Assembly: GCA_964016885.1 (NCBI GenBank)
Contig: OZ024752.1
Coordinates: 19,468,001-19,532,000, forward strand
Length of the DNA: 64,000 nt
Origin: Eledone cirrhosa
Taxonomy: Eukaryota
Reading direction: 5' to 3'
Shown: in pieces, positions 29,115 through 41,174 of the stretch
How the letters are laid out: every line of letters starts with the position of its first letter
How positions within the stretch are numbered: position 1 is the stretch's first letter
Position numbers and translations under genes: made by a program
The notes under the pieces: generated by a model
What the model saw: the letters and a program-made list of their open reading frames with translations, nothing else
What the model was told of the DNA's origin: nothing
The model's database searches: none

Positions 29115-29805
29115 GAGTGAACAGGTAGATGAGAGAGGGGTGAAGTGAACAGGTAGATGAGACAGGTGTGAAGTGAACAGATAGATGAGAGAGGTGTGAA
29201 GTGAACAGGTAGATGAGAGAGGTGTGAAGTGAACAGGTAGATGAGACAGGTGTGAAGTGAACAGGTAGATGAGACAGGTGTGAAGTGAACAGGTAGATGA
29301 GAGAGGTGTGAAGTGAACAGGTAGATGAGAGAGGTGTGAAGTGAACAGGTAGATGAGAGAGGTGTGAAGTGAACAGGTAGATGAGACAGGTGTGAAGTGA
29401 ACAGGTAGATGAGAGAGGTGTGAAGTGAACAGATAGATGAGAGAGGTGTGAAGTGAACAGGTAGATGAGAGAGGTGTGAAGTGAACAGGTAGATGAGAGA
29501 GGTGTGAAGTGAACAGGTAGATGAGACAGGTGTGAAGTGAACAGGTAGATAAGACAGGTGTGAAGTGAATAGGTAGATGAGAGAGGTGTGAAGTGAACAG
29601 GTAGATGAGAGAGGTGTGAAGTGAACAGGTAGATGAGACAGGTGTGAAGTGAACAGGTAGATGAGAGAGGTGTGAAGTGCACAGGTAGATGGGACAGGTG
29701 TGAAGTGAACAGGTAGATGAGACAGGTGTGAAGTGAACAGGTAGATGAGACAGGTGTGGAGTGAACAGGTAGATGAGACAGGTGTGAAGTGAACAGGTAG
29801 ATGAT
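29115..29805. repeat. 25-bp minisatellite
   Basis: GTGAACAGGTAGATGAGASAGGTGTGAA in tandem. Confidence 0.98.
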
Positions 29806-29903
29806 AGACGGGAAGTGAAAAGAATTATTTAAACCAGGAAGAATAAACAAATAAAAGAAAAGAAAGAATGCAGGAAAAGAAAGAAAGTTAGAAAGACAGA
29901 AAT

Positions 29904-30276
29904 AATTGTTTCTACTTTTGGAACAAGGCCACCAATTACCTAGTGTATTACTGGTACTTTATTTTATCGACCCCATAAGGATGAAAGGCAAAGTTAACCT
30001 CGACGGGATTTGAACTTATAATGGCAAGGGCCGTAACTCTATGCGTCAAAGCATGGCGTCCGACCCTCTACCGATACTGCCAATCCACCAAATAATTGTT
30101 TCTACTTTAGGCACAAGGCCAGCAATACCCAGTGCATTACTGGTACTTTATTTTATCGACCCCGTAAGGATGAAAGGCAAAGTAAACCTCGGCGGGATTT
30201 GAACTCAGACCGTAAAGGGACGTAACTATGCTGGAAAGCATGGCGTCCAACTCTCTACCGATTCTGCCAATCCACC
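29904..30276 (-). mobile_element. Two tandem full-length Meta-domain SINEs
   Basis: Copies at about 29904-30089 and 30094-30276. Confidence 0.9.
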
Positions 30277-30342
30277 AAGAAAATAAGAGTGGTTTGGAGA
30301 AATGGAGAAAAAGAAAGGAAAAAAGAGAGATGAAGGAAGAAA

Positions 30343-30391
<49 letters not shown>

Positions 30392-30634
30392 ATGGAAGAA
30401 AAAAAGAGAGGAAGAAAGGTGGTTTAAGCAAGGAAGGAGGAAGTGAAGAACATTTGTGTCAGGTTTTGTAAGTTTATTTCATTGGATTAGATGCAAAGTG
30501 TGAAAACATTTCTCACGAGTTTCATAAAAGGTTAAACTAGAGAAGAATTCGAAATTGTAAAACATCAAAAACTGTTAGCATTAAGACATTCCATTAAACA
30601 CTTCTAGTAGCAGGTGTTGTTGTTGTTGTGGTGG

Positions 30635-30698
<64 letters not shown>

Positions 30699-30852
30699 TT
30701 CTTTTGGTGGTGGTGGAGGGCTAATGAATATATGTTTATGTATCTATATAACACCTACTGAGTCACAATAACAGGAAAACTATAACTCTTTCTACCACTG
30801 TTTATCTTATCCTGTCTAATGATGCTGCCATCCTCTCCACATTAACCATTAG

Positions 30853-30985
30853 TGCTTAGAGTCTGAAGTAATGACGGGTCTGCTTAGAGTCTGAAGTAAT
30901 GACGGGTCTGCTTAGAGGCTGAAGTAATGACGGGTCTGCTTAGAGGCTGAAGTAATGACGGGTCTGCTTAGAGTCTGAAGCAATG
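30853..30985. repeat. About 25-bp tandem repeat, five units
   Basis: TGCTTAGAGTCTGAAGTAATGACGGGTC. Confidence 0.9.
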
Positions 30986-31074
30986 ACCTGTCTCATGAAA
31001 GGCTGTTTTGTTTCCGATGTAATATATATCGATGTTGGGCTTTCTCTTGGTTTATTTTGTTTTTCATATACAGT

Positions 31075-31320
31075 ATATGGGTACGTTGTTAGAATGTATC
31101 AGGAAAGAATTGCTGGACAGATTTTATGGATAAAACCAACCAACAGGAGACCCAGGGGTAGATCCCGAGCAAGATGGTTGTATAAAATCCATGAACTTAA
31201 CTCGTTTTGCTTGGGGATTCATCTGAATCACTTGGAGACAGTTGCTTCTGACATGACTCGCTGGAAAGAGTGTTTGAGGACACTGCCCCCACGACCCTCA
31301 CTGGAGTGAGAAATTGAAGG
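31075..31320 (+). mobile_element. RTE-like LINE 3' fragment
   Basis: YGYVVRM...RRPRGRSRARW...W C-terminal motif. Confidence 0.65.
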
Positions 31321-31459
31321 GTATACAATAATATTTTCAGTGTTTAGGGCTTCTTAAGGTCTTACTCGGTCACTGAATTCCACAGAAGTAATTTATGGAT
31401 GTCTAATTTTGACTGCTACTTCATTTTATCAAACACAGACAAGAGTCATTGCATTAACA

Positions 31460-31898
31460 GCACACGACCCCTCCACCATCTCTACAGAACACGACCCCTC
31501 CACCATCTCTACAGAACATGACCCCTCCACCATCTCTACAGAACATGACCCCTCCACCATCTCTACAGAACACGACCTCCCCACCATCTCTACAGAACAC
31601 GACCCCTCCACCATCTCTACAGAACACAACCCCTCCACCATCTCTACAGAACACGACCTCCCCATCATCTCTTACTACAGAACACGACCCCTCCACCATC
31701 TCTACAGAACACGACCTCCCCATCATCTCTTACTACAGAACACGACCCCTCCACCATCACTACAGAACACGACCCCTCCACCATCTCTACAGAACACGAC
31801 CCCTCCACCATCACTACAGAACACGACCCCTCCACCATCACTACAGAACACGACCCCTCCACCATCTCTTCCTACAGAATACGACCTCGCCACCATCT
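31460..31898. repeat. 27-bp minisatellite
   Basis: CACGACCCCTCCACCATCTCTACAGAA in tandem. Confidence 0.95.
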
Positions 31899-32083
31899 CT
31901 TAAGCAACGTGTTATAAAGTGTCTTGCCCAAGAACACAACGTATCACCCGGTCCAGGAATCGAACGCACAACTCACAATCGCATGTCCAACGTTCTAACC
32001 ATTAAGCCTTCACTCATCAGTTAGTGTTGTTGTTTTTCAGGTGGGGCTCGTTACAGCATACTTATTTTAGTTATGTGTAAGTA

Positions 32084-32147
<64 letters not shown>

Positions 32148-32150
<3 letters not shown>

Positions 32151-32476
32151 AAAGAGATGAAATCGAAAATGCAACTGGAGTCTTATTTTTTTTTAAATAT
32201 ATATATTTATTTGGTTCCTTTACCGGTTTCGCAGTTCTTCTGCTTTTCAAAAGGTGAGTTGAGATGGAGGGTCTGTGGTTTTTCTCACATCTCAACTCAC
32301 CTTTTGAAAAGCAGAAGAACTGCGAAACCGGTAAAGGAACCAAATAAATATATATATTTAAAAAAAAAATAAGACTCCAGTTGCATTTTCGATTTCATCT
32401 CTTTTTCTTTATACTTTCACTCGTGTAGGACACCTCGGTTATTTTTCATTTTGTAAAAAAAACCTCACTTTCTAAT
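32148..32476. mobile_element. Asymmetric palindromic remnant with two U3-A8 hammerheads (32217-32254 minus, 32300-32337 plus)
   Basis: CCTT TTGAAAA GCAG AAGAA CTGC GAAA CCGG TA AAGG in both arms. Confidence 0.85.
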
Positions 32477-32511
32477 ATATATATATATATACACATATAT
32501 ACATATACACA

Positions 32512-32890
32512 TGTGCGTATGGGTTATAACGAACATTAGTAATAATATTCGATCCGTTTGTAAACAAACGGCCCAGTTAAAGCTGTGCCGTGCCGACAAA
32601 TCAGCCGTGAAATAGAATTCTAATTTTATATTTACTTTTCAGCACGGCCAGCCGTATCTCGCTCAGTATGAGGCTACTCAGCCGATCTGAACTTAAGAAA
32701 ATACTATATATTTTCAACCGTTCAACAGATTGGCAGAAGTATACAGTTCTGAAACATGTTGATTGTTCCTCAATGCCAGTGTTCAACAAACGGATGACGT
32801 TTGGTCATCGACACGGCACAGCTTTAATCTGGCCGTTTGTTTACAAACGAATCGAATATTATTGATATTCGATATAATCCATACGTACAT
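32512..32890. mobile_element. MITE-like element with imperfect terminal inverted repeats of about 90 bp
   Basis: CGTATGGGTTATAACGAA...TTCGATCCGTTTGTAAACAAACGGCC versus GGCCGTTTGTTTACAAACGAATCGAA...TTCGATATAATCCATACG. Confidence 0.7.
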
Positions 32891-33074
32891 AAAATTCTAA
32901 TTTTATTTTTATTTTTAGTTAGCTTTTTAATAATCCCTGCATTAACTATTTTAACAATAACTTAACAAGAATATAATTAATAATTAATTGTTTCTACGTT
33001 AGGCACAAGGCCAGCAATTACCCAGTGTATTACTGGTACTTTATATAATTAATAATTAATACAAACACGTACGA

Positions 33075-33460
33075 CGGTGGATTGGCAGAATCGGTAGAGC
33101 GTCGGAAAACATGCTTATAGCATAGAATTACGGCCCCCTTGTGATCTCAGTTCAAATCCTGTCGAGGTTAGCTTTGCCTTTCATCCTTCCGAGGTTGATA
33201 AAATAAAGTGCCAGTGATGCACTGGGGTCGATTTAAGCGACTTTCCCCCACCCCTAAAATAGTTGGCCTTGTAGAAACCATTGGCAGTATCGGTAGAGAG
33301 TCGGACGCCATGCTTTCCAGCATAGTTACGTCCCTTTACGATCTGAGTTCAAATCCCGTCGACGTTAACTTTGCCTTTCATCCTTACGGGGTCGATAAAA
33401 TAAAGTACCAGTAATGTACTGGGGTAATTGCTGGCCTTGTGCCAAAAGTAGAAACAATTA
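33075..33460 (+). mobile_element. Two tandem Meta-domain SINEs
   Basis: Copies at about 33075-33279 (long variant) and 33280-33460. Confidence 0.88.
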
Positions 33461-33832
33461 TTATTACAAACACCAGACATCTTGATGTAACCCCTAAATC
33501 ACCAGTTTGTTGTTTTATGATTTAGTGAGAAACAGGAGGACCTTACCCACATGTCTTTTGCCGGACCCTCAAAAACAGGGTGGAAGAAATCGCGGTTTAT
33601 ATCATCTCTGTAGATATGATCTCTTCAGACGAGAGAGAGGGACCTGTTCCGCCTACAACAAAGTGGTCAACACAAAATTAAAGCTACTTTTTTTCTTGTT
33701 ATAGAGATCCTTTATTTTATTAAAGGGAGGCAACTCTAATCTCAAAAAATCTGAAAATACAAGAAAGGTAACTCCGACAGATAAAATGAGCAAAAAGATT
33801 TCTAGGTTTTAAAGGGAGATGATCAACTAATA

Positions 33833-34017
33833 TAATTGTTTCTACTTTTGGCACAAGGCCAGCAATTATCTCAGTGCATTACAGGTACTTTATTTTATCG
33901 ACCCCGTAAGGATGAAAGGCAAAGTTAACCTCGATGGAATTTGAACTCAGACCGAAAAGGGCTGCAACTCTATGCTGTAAAGCATGGCGTCCGACCCTCT
34001 ACCGATACTGCCAATCC
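33833..34017 (-). mobile_element. Meta-domain SINE
   Basis: Head, core and tail present. Confidence 0.9.
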
Positions 34018-34061
34018 AAATATAATAGTCTTGCGTATTTGTCCGTCACACACTAGAGATG

Positions 34062-34508
34062 ACTGATGAAGGAAGGGGGGATAACGTCGACTAAGGGAGG
34101 GGTGATGACGTCGACTGAGGAAGGAAGGCGTGATAACGTCGACTGAGGAAGGAAGGCGTGATAACGTCGACTGAGGAAGGAAGGGGTGGAAACGTCGATT
34201 GAGGAAGTAAGAGAGGCGTGATGACGTCGACTGAGGAAGGAAGAGATGATGACGTCGACAGAGGAAGGAAGGGGTGATGACGTCGACTGAGGAAGGAAGG
34301 GGTGATGACGTCGGCAGAGGAAGGAAGGGGTGATGACGTCGACAGAGGAAGAGAGGCGTGATGACGTCGACTGAGGAAGGGAGGGGTGATGACGTCGACA
34401 GACGTCCAACCTTCGTGCATGCGCAGTAGGGTCCAATCTTCGCGCATGCGCAGTACGGTCCAACCTTCGCGCACGCGCAGTACGGTCCAACATTCGCGCA
34501 TGCGCACA
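34062..34508. repeat. CpG-rich tandem repeats: GACGTCGACTGAGGAAGGAAGG array, then GTCCAACCTTCGCGCATGCGCAGTAC units
   Basis: Direct inspection. Confidence 0.9.
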
Positions 34509-34807
34509 TTGTAATAACCAAGTAACAGATATATACGTATGTGTACGTGTGTTTGTGTCCGCTTTTACGTGTGTGGATGTATATATAGGTGGGCATGTGT
34601 GTGCTTGTGCGTGTACGTGTGGATGTGAGTGCGTCAACATGTATTCGTATTTATATATATATATATATATAAGTTTATCCCGGGTTCAATCGGGGGTATC
34701 CACAGTAAGTATGGTACCCAATACATAGCAGAGTATAAATATTTAATGTAGAAAGGCTTCTACAGGACTAGAACTGTTTAATTCCGGAGAAATCATCAGA
34801 AATCATC

Positions 34808-34858
34808 GGCTTCCTGATGATTTCTCCTGAATGAAACAGTTCTATTCCTGTAGAAGCC
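34808..34858 (+). ncRNA. Type-I hammerhead ribozyme inside the palindrome 34745-34868
   Basis: GGCTTC CTGATGA TTTCTCCTGAAT GAAA CAG-TTCTATTC-CTG TA GAAGCC; the inverted arm is degenerate (TAAA). Confidence 0.8.
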
Positions 34859-34865
34859 TTTTTAC

Positions 34866-34928
<63 letters not shown>

Positions 34929-34969
34929 GAGAGGGAGAGCGAAAGAGAGAAAGAGAGAGGGCGGAGGGA

Positions 34970-35031
<62 letters not shown>

Positions 35032-35442
35032 TAATTAAATATTCGTTGTTATTCGGGAATGATATCTTTGATAACAAGTGCGAGAATTATTTAGTTAAAA
35101 CCCATTTGAAAGGGAGTCATTCCCTTCTAAGGTGGATTAAAAGTCTCTCATAATCTATCATGGCTTTATATAATCGCTCTATATGAACCCTTAAATTGAG
35201 TAAATGCACGAATAAATACCTAACATATGCATAGACAATAAGATATTTAAATATTTAATTAAACAAAAAAACAAAAACAAAAAAAAAAATGTATTCATAG
35301 AGATATAATTTATTTTAACCATAAAAACGCTACATCAGTGAACCAGTTTCGTATTTAAGGGAAATTATCAAAATGAGAAAAAAATACGGCTCAAAATACT
35401 GCGCATGCGCGATGGTTGTACAAGACTGCGCATGCGCAAAGG

Positions 35443-35614
35443 TTGGATTGGCAGTATCGGATGCCATGCTTTCCAGCATAGTTACGTCCCTTTACGATCT
35501 GAGTTCAAATCCCGCCGAGGTTGACTTTGCCTTTCATCCTTACGGGGTCGATAAAATAAAGTACCAGTAATGCACTAGGTAATTGCTGGCCTTGTGCCTA
35601 AAGTAGAAACAATT
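35443..35614 (+). mobile_element. Meta-domain SINE
   Basis: Head, core and tail present. Confidence 0.9.
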
Positions 35615-35702
35615 ATTAATATTCGAAAAGCTCAGATTACATTTATTGTATTCAGCCATGTAGAGCAAAAAATTTCTTTTTATATAAATATATATATAAA
35701 TG

Positions 35703-35734
<32 letters not shown>

Positions 35735-35929
35735 AATATATAAATATATATACACAGTTCAAGAGTAACCAATCTTAAAGAGATTGAGATAGTAGAGGAG
35801 ATATGAGAGGAAAGATTGGTGAGTTAGTTAGAAGCCAAAGCGTAAAGGCATGTGCTCAATGTGCAATATGCAGTAGAAAGCAGCTAGGTGGCTGGGTTCA
35901 TGCAGAGGTTAGGTGCGCAGAGCTGGAAA

Positions 35930-36200
35930 TATTCATTAGTTAAGCAAAACAAGACCACAAATTTCACAAGGAAGACATTATTAAAAGATTGTCAACATAT
36001 TTAGTTTGATGTAAGGAATGTAGAGAATAATAATAATAATAAAATCATTATTATTAATATTAATATTATTATTATTATTATTAATATTATTATTATTATT
36101 ATTCTCTACATTCCTTACATCAAACTAAATATGTTGACAATCTTTTAATAATGTCTTCCTTGTGAAATTTGTGGTCTTGTTTTGCTTAACTAATGAATAA
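35930..36200. repeat. Inverted repeat of about 100 bp around an (AAT)/(ATT) spacer
   Basis: TATTCATTAGTTAAGCAAAACAAGACC...GGTCTTGTTTTGCTTAACTAATGAATA. Confidence 0.9.
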
Positions 36201-37597
36201 ATATATATATATAAATATATACAAATATAAATTAGCGAGAATCGTATTCGGTTTTGGAAATTAGCGAAAAACAACTTCCGAGATGTGTGGCAAGCGCTCA
36301 ATAATTCTAACGAACCAGAGCTACAACATGCGTTAAAAGGCCAAACACACTGAGACGATGGTTAAACCATTATCCGCACAGCCATAGAAACGACCAAGTA
36401 ATTCGGGTCAAACAAATAAAAAAATATATATATGATTGAAAAATATATAAATATATATATATATAAATATATATATATATAAATATATATATCTAAATAT
36501 AAAGAATAAGAAAATGCGAAGTAGTTTCAGATGTTAAAGTCCTTTAATAATAATGTTGTGATACATATTTCAATGACAACAATGGCAACACGGTTTGGTG
36601 TACCCAGTGCCGTGACATCATCAGACAGCTTCTTACATAATAAGGTTATGTTTCCGAGGCAATCCAAATTGAATCGACATGGGAACGGACAAAGCGTGTG
36701 CTCTTGAGTTCTTCGCCCGTTCCCCTGTGAGTCCCAATTCACCCCCACCGGTCTGCACAGGCGCAAGTCCGAAGGAAGTTGACCATCAACTACTGCAAAG
36801 TTCTACGAAACTCGCCTAGGCAGTTCCCCTCCCAACCAAACAATGACCCCATCCAGGCCTGTAATATGACAAGGTTACAGCTTACTACTAAAGCTAGTGG
36901 GGGTGAGAGAGTATGAGTATCAATAGGTCCCAATACTACCCCTAAATTAAGCATGGACAGTAGAATTGACCATCAACCGCTAAGAGAATATATACTTATT
37001 TCTAGGTATTATGGTTTCACAGTGGAAATTATGAGAGTTGGAAATTAACACTAAAAATTACAAATCAAAAATTAAAAAAATTACAAGTTAGAATCTAGAT
37101 TGAAGTAAGTAAAAAAAATATATATGTACATATGATAAATAATAAATAGGGAGATGTTTAAGTAAGAAGTTTTGAAAGTGGGATCAATCTTACAGATATA
37201 TTATCTACATATTGAACGATAGTACCGTACAGTAGAACGGAGGGTAGATTACAAACAGGGAGTGATTTTTCCCTGTTTGATTGATGGCGCACTATCTCTC
37301 TCTCCAGTGTGTTATCTTTTCAACATATTGTATTGTAAAGAGCTCGGGATTCCTTCTCCTTTGAGCACATTACTGACATGGAATAACGAGAGTCTGTGGC
37401 TCTGTTAATATAACGTGATATTTCGCTCCTTATAACAGTCTTTCCTCTTTCTCTGTTTGGTTGAGCACACTTCGCTGAGTGGTTTGGGCTGCCCTTTCTA
37501 GCAGCTCGTCCCTCAGAGGCCACTGGTTACTGCCATAGGCAGTGTGACTGGGCGGTCGCTTTAGATTCTCTTAGAGTGGACTGAAATGTATAGCCTT

Positions 37598-37680
37598 ACA
37601 CACGCTGATGAACCATGGGCTAATCATTCCTGCCAACAACTTATTTGGCGAAACAGATCTTTTTGGATTTGTACGTGTGT
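37598..37680 (+). ncRNA. Full-size type-I hammerhead ribozyme
   Basis: ACACACG CTGATGA ACCA...TGGC GAAA CAGATC-TTTTTG-GATTTG TA CGTGTGT; 7-bp stem I, 6-7-bp stem III, GUA cleavage triplet. Confidence 0.85.
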
Positions 37681-38085
37681 GTTAGATAGTTATCGAGGTG
37701 TGTATTTACACCTTAATTTATACTTTTAATTATTGTGTGTCTACTCTGCCTTCCATGGGTATATATAAATATATATATATATCTTTAAGTCGTTTGGAAG
37801 CCTCGACAATGCAGATAGGTAAATCTCCGGGTAACAGGATCCGGTGGTGGAGAGAGAGATGTAAGTGGGTGTACGTTGAGATGCGTGGCCTGTATAAGAC
37901 TGTAACGTGTAGAGGAATGAAGGAAAGATCGCAAAGGATAAAAATAAAAATAACAACACGAGAAAGAGTTACCTTGGGAGAGATTTAATTGTCCCTATAT
38001 TGCATCTGCATTGTCGAGGCTTCCAAACGACTTAAAGAAATTTACCTTATAATTCCACAATGCTTCAAGCAAACTTCAATACTCT

Positions 38086-38168
<83 letters not shown>

Positions 38169-38291
38169 CGTTTCTGAATTTGTTTAGCAAGATTCTTTAT
38201 CTGAAAAAAGTGTGTTAAAACCGATATTGTTATACTTTGGGAGGGTCATGTTGCCAATAAGAAACACACGCACCAGTTGCTTTCACTCCAA

Positions 38292-39205
38292 TCTATATAT
38301 ATAAAACTGTGGTTGTCTGTCTGTCTATCGATTTTTGGCACACATCTCCTCTTAGAATCTCTCACGGAATTGCACCGAAATTGCTATACTTGTACATTGA
38401 GCCCTAGCGAAGACATCGGAAAAAAAATATTTCAAATTGACCCACCCTATGTGACGAAATCGAATATAATGTATCGATTTTTGAGCGTAAGTTATCAGTT
38501 ATTTCCCTTTGTTCTGTTTACATTGAGCGTCTTACGTAAAAAATTACGCTGGCTTTCTCAGCGTTTAAAATGACATTAACACAATACACGAACAGTTGTC
38601 GTCGAGCCAGCAAAATATTGACCTGCAAAATTCATCAGTTCGAACACTAAGCTTCCGTTTTGCTTCATTTCCATTTAAAAGCATTTTAAAACAATATTTT
38701 TACTTGAAAACAAGTCTATTTAAAGACTACGTAAAACAAGCAAATATTTCGTCGTTAGGCGTGCAGACAGACAGTCGTGCAGACAGACAGTCGTGCAGAG
38801 AGGTGATATACGCGTGCAGACAGATAGTCGTGCAGAGAGGTGATATAGGCGTGCAGACAGACAGTCGTGCAGAGAGGTGATATAGGCGTGCAGACAGACA
38901 TAACTGATAATTTGGTTACGCTAATGTTTTTCTCTGCGTTGCAGTGTTTACATTTTCGATCTTTGTTAATAAATAACCAGTGCAGTTTCTATCCCCAGCA
39001 TCCTCTTTTGTTATAACATTCGGGTTATCGTTATGTTTTCTTAACTTCATAAGGCATATTGTTGGTTGAGGGAATATTAATCAAAAACACCACATGCAAG
39101 TCTGCACAGTAGACACTACAGTTTTTAAGCCAAGAAAGAAACTTAACATTGTAACTTTAACACAGCTACTGAGCGACCCCGAGCAACGCCGGGCTTTACT
39201 GCTAG
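38292..39205 (+). mobile_element. Non-autonomous Helitron nested in a PLE-type remnant
   Basis: A|TC start, 3' hairpin CCCGAGCAACGCCGGG then CTAG|T; the flanks rejoin to CACTCCAA-TTTATTATAAATT as seen at 20761. Confidence 0.92.
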
Positions 39206-39679
39206 TTTATTATAAATTAAATTTATAAATTTAAGAATTTATAAATTTCTGGTTGGTTCCACAACCGGACGGTTGTTCATATATTGTCAAAGTTCTTTCG
39301 TCACACATTCTGTGACCTCTTCATGACTGGGGATTCTTTTCTTTGTTTTTGTGCCTCTCCTTTGTTCCGTCCTACGCCATCTTGTTTTTGTGTGTTTTGT
39401 GCTTAGTTTGCGCATGTGTTACATCCGGGTGTCTGTGTGTGTTTTTATTTGTTTATTTACATGTTACTGGTTGGTTGTTTGTTCTATGTGTGTGTGTGTT
39501 TTCATTTTGTCCTTAATTGTAAGTTGTGATGTTGCTATTCCACTCATGTTTTCTATTTAATTTTGGTTGGAGTTCATTTATGTTTATTGCCTCTGTGATT
39601 TGTCTAAACATTGCGTCTTTTCTATGTGTAGGGGGAGGGGGGGGGGGGGTTATTTGGAATCCGTTTTTATGGGGGGGGA

Positions 39680-40886
39680 TGAAGAGCTGATGAAGTGCGT
39701 GTCTGTCTTAAGCCGTCCATGTTGTGGCTCCAGGTGAAGAGTTTGTACCTGAGCACAAATATGCGTGCTCATTTGCATGGTGACAACATGTCTGTAGCAT
39801 TTGCTCAGAATATTTTAGCACTTGATGAGGGCAAGGTCCCTGCGGATGACAAGGGCGGCATAACAATAGACTCCCTGTGCAACATTGTGAGCAGCCCTTC
39901 TGACCTTTGGGAAGCAGTTTTTCCTAATGTCTCATCTAACTTTAAAAACCTCAATTGGCTCAGCGAAAGAGCCATCCTTGATCTGAAAAATACCATGGTT
40001 AATTTTATTAACGAGCAGCTGATTGAGAAAATTCCCGGTAAAGAGCACATCTTCAAATCTATCGACCGGACGTCAGACCCCGACGATATCGTTAATTATC
40101 CGGATGAGTTATTAAATTCCCTTGAACCCCCAGGGCTCCCACCTCACATTCTTAAGCTTAGGGTTGGCTGTCCCATTATGCTAATAAGGAACTTGCGTCC
40201 ACCAAAGCAGTGCAACGGTACTCGCATGGTCGTCAAGTCACTGACTCCCCACTTGATTGAGGCCACCATTGTAACGGGGTGCGGGAGAGAGAAGAATGTT
40301 TTCATTCCAAGGATGAACCTTTTCACCTCGGCGTCAGATATCCCGTTTGATTTCCAGCGATCCCAATTCCCGGTGAGACCATGTTTTGCCATGTCCATTA
40401 ACAAGTCACAAGGGCAAACATTGTCGGTGGCGGGTATCCATTTGGGCGAGCCATGCTTCTCCCATGGCCAACTTTATGTTGCCTGTTCCCGTGTAGGGAG
40501 CAGGAATGGACTTTTTGCTTACACTCCTCAAGGGATGACACGCAATATCGTCTACAAAGAGGTGCTATAGATGTTGGTGCAGGTGTTGGAGGTGTTGGAA
40601 CTATGCCATCTGGAAAACTGGTAGGGTCACCCATGACGGACAGATCTGACACCCAGCGGCATCAGGGCCACCATCTTGAAACTTTGGTCTACTAAATTCG
40701 CTATTGGAAGATTATTAACCCATCATTGATTGTCCCAAATGCTAATTGGTTCGTAACTATTAACAACCGGTTCAACTGCTTTATGCACTTAATTGATAAG
40801 CTTATGCGCTTTCAAGCTACGTTTACCTGTTTGTAACTTTTCATAGCAAATGAACAAACCCGAGCAACGCCGGGCTAAACTGCTAG
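39680..40886 (+). mobile_element. 5'-truncated Helitron carrying the PIF1-like helicase C-terminus
   Basis: Helicase ORF followed by hairpin CCCGAGCAACGCCGGG and CTAG|T. Confidence 0.93.
39695..40570 (+). CDS. Helitron RepHel helicase, C-terminal part only (TE-derived, truncated)
   Basis: LNSLEPPGLPPH, CNGTR, QFPVRPCFAMSINKSQGQT, FSHGQLYVACSRV, TRNIVYKEVL. Confidence 0.9.
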   Translation: MRVCLKPSMLWLQVKSLYLSTNMRAHLHGDNMSVAFAQNILALDEGKVPADDKGGITIDSLCNIVSSPSDLWEAVFPNVSSNFKNLNWLSERAILDLKNTMVNFINEQLIEKIPGKEHIFKSIDRTSDPDDIVNYPDELLNSLEPPGLPPHILKLRVGCPIMLIRNLRPPKQCNGTRMVVKSLTPHLIEATIVTGCGREKNVFIPRMNLFTSASDIPFDFQRSQFPVRPCFAMSINKSQGQTLSVAGIHLGEPCFSHGQLYVACSRVGSRNGLFAYTPQGMTRNIVYKEVL

Positions 40887-40972
40887 TATATAGATACATA
40901 AATGTAAGCATATACAGAATAGAGTAAACAAGAAAACCTTCTCCTACGTTAGGTACATCAATTGAAAAACAT

Positions 40973-41134
40973 TGGTCGGACGCCATGCTTTGACGCAAAG
41001 AGTTACAGCCCTTTCCATTCTGACTACAAATCCCGCCGAGGTTAACTTTGCCTTTCATCCTTACGGGGTCGATAAAATAAAGTACCAGTAATATACTGGT
41101 TTATTGCTGGCCTTGTGCCAAAAGTAGAAACAAT
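40973..41134 (+). mobile_element. Meta-domain SINE, 5'-truncated
   Basis: Core and tail present. Confidence 0.88.
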
Positions 41135-41174
41135 TATATTAGATGTAACAAGATGATTTGATAAAGGGAGGTAA

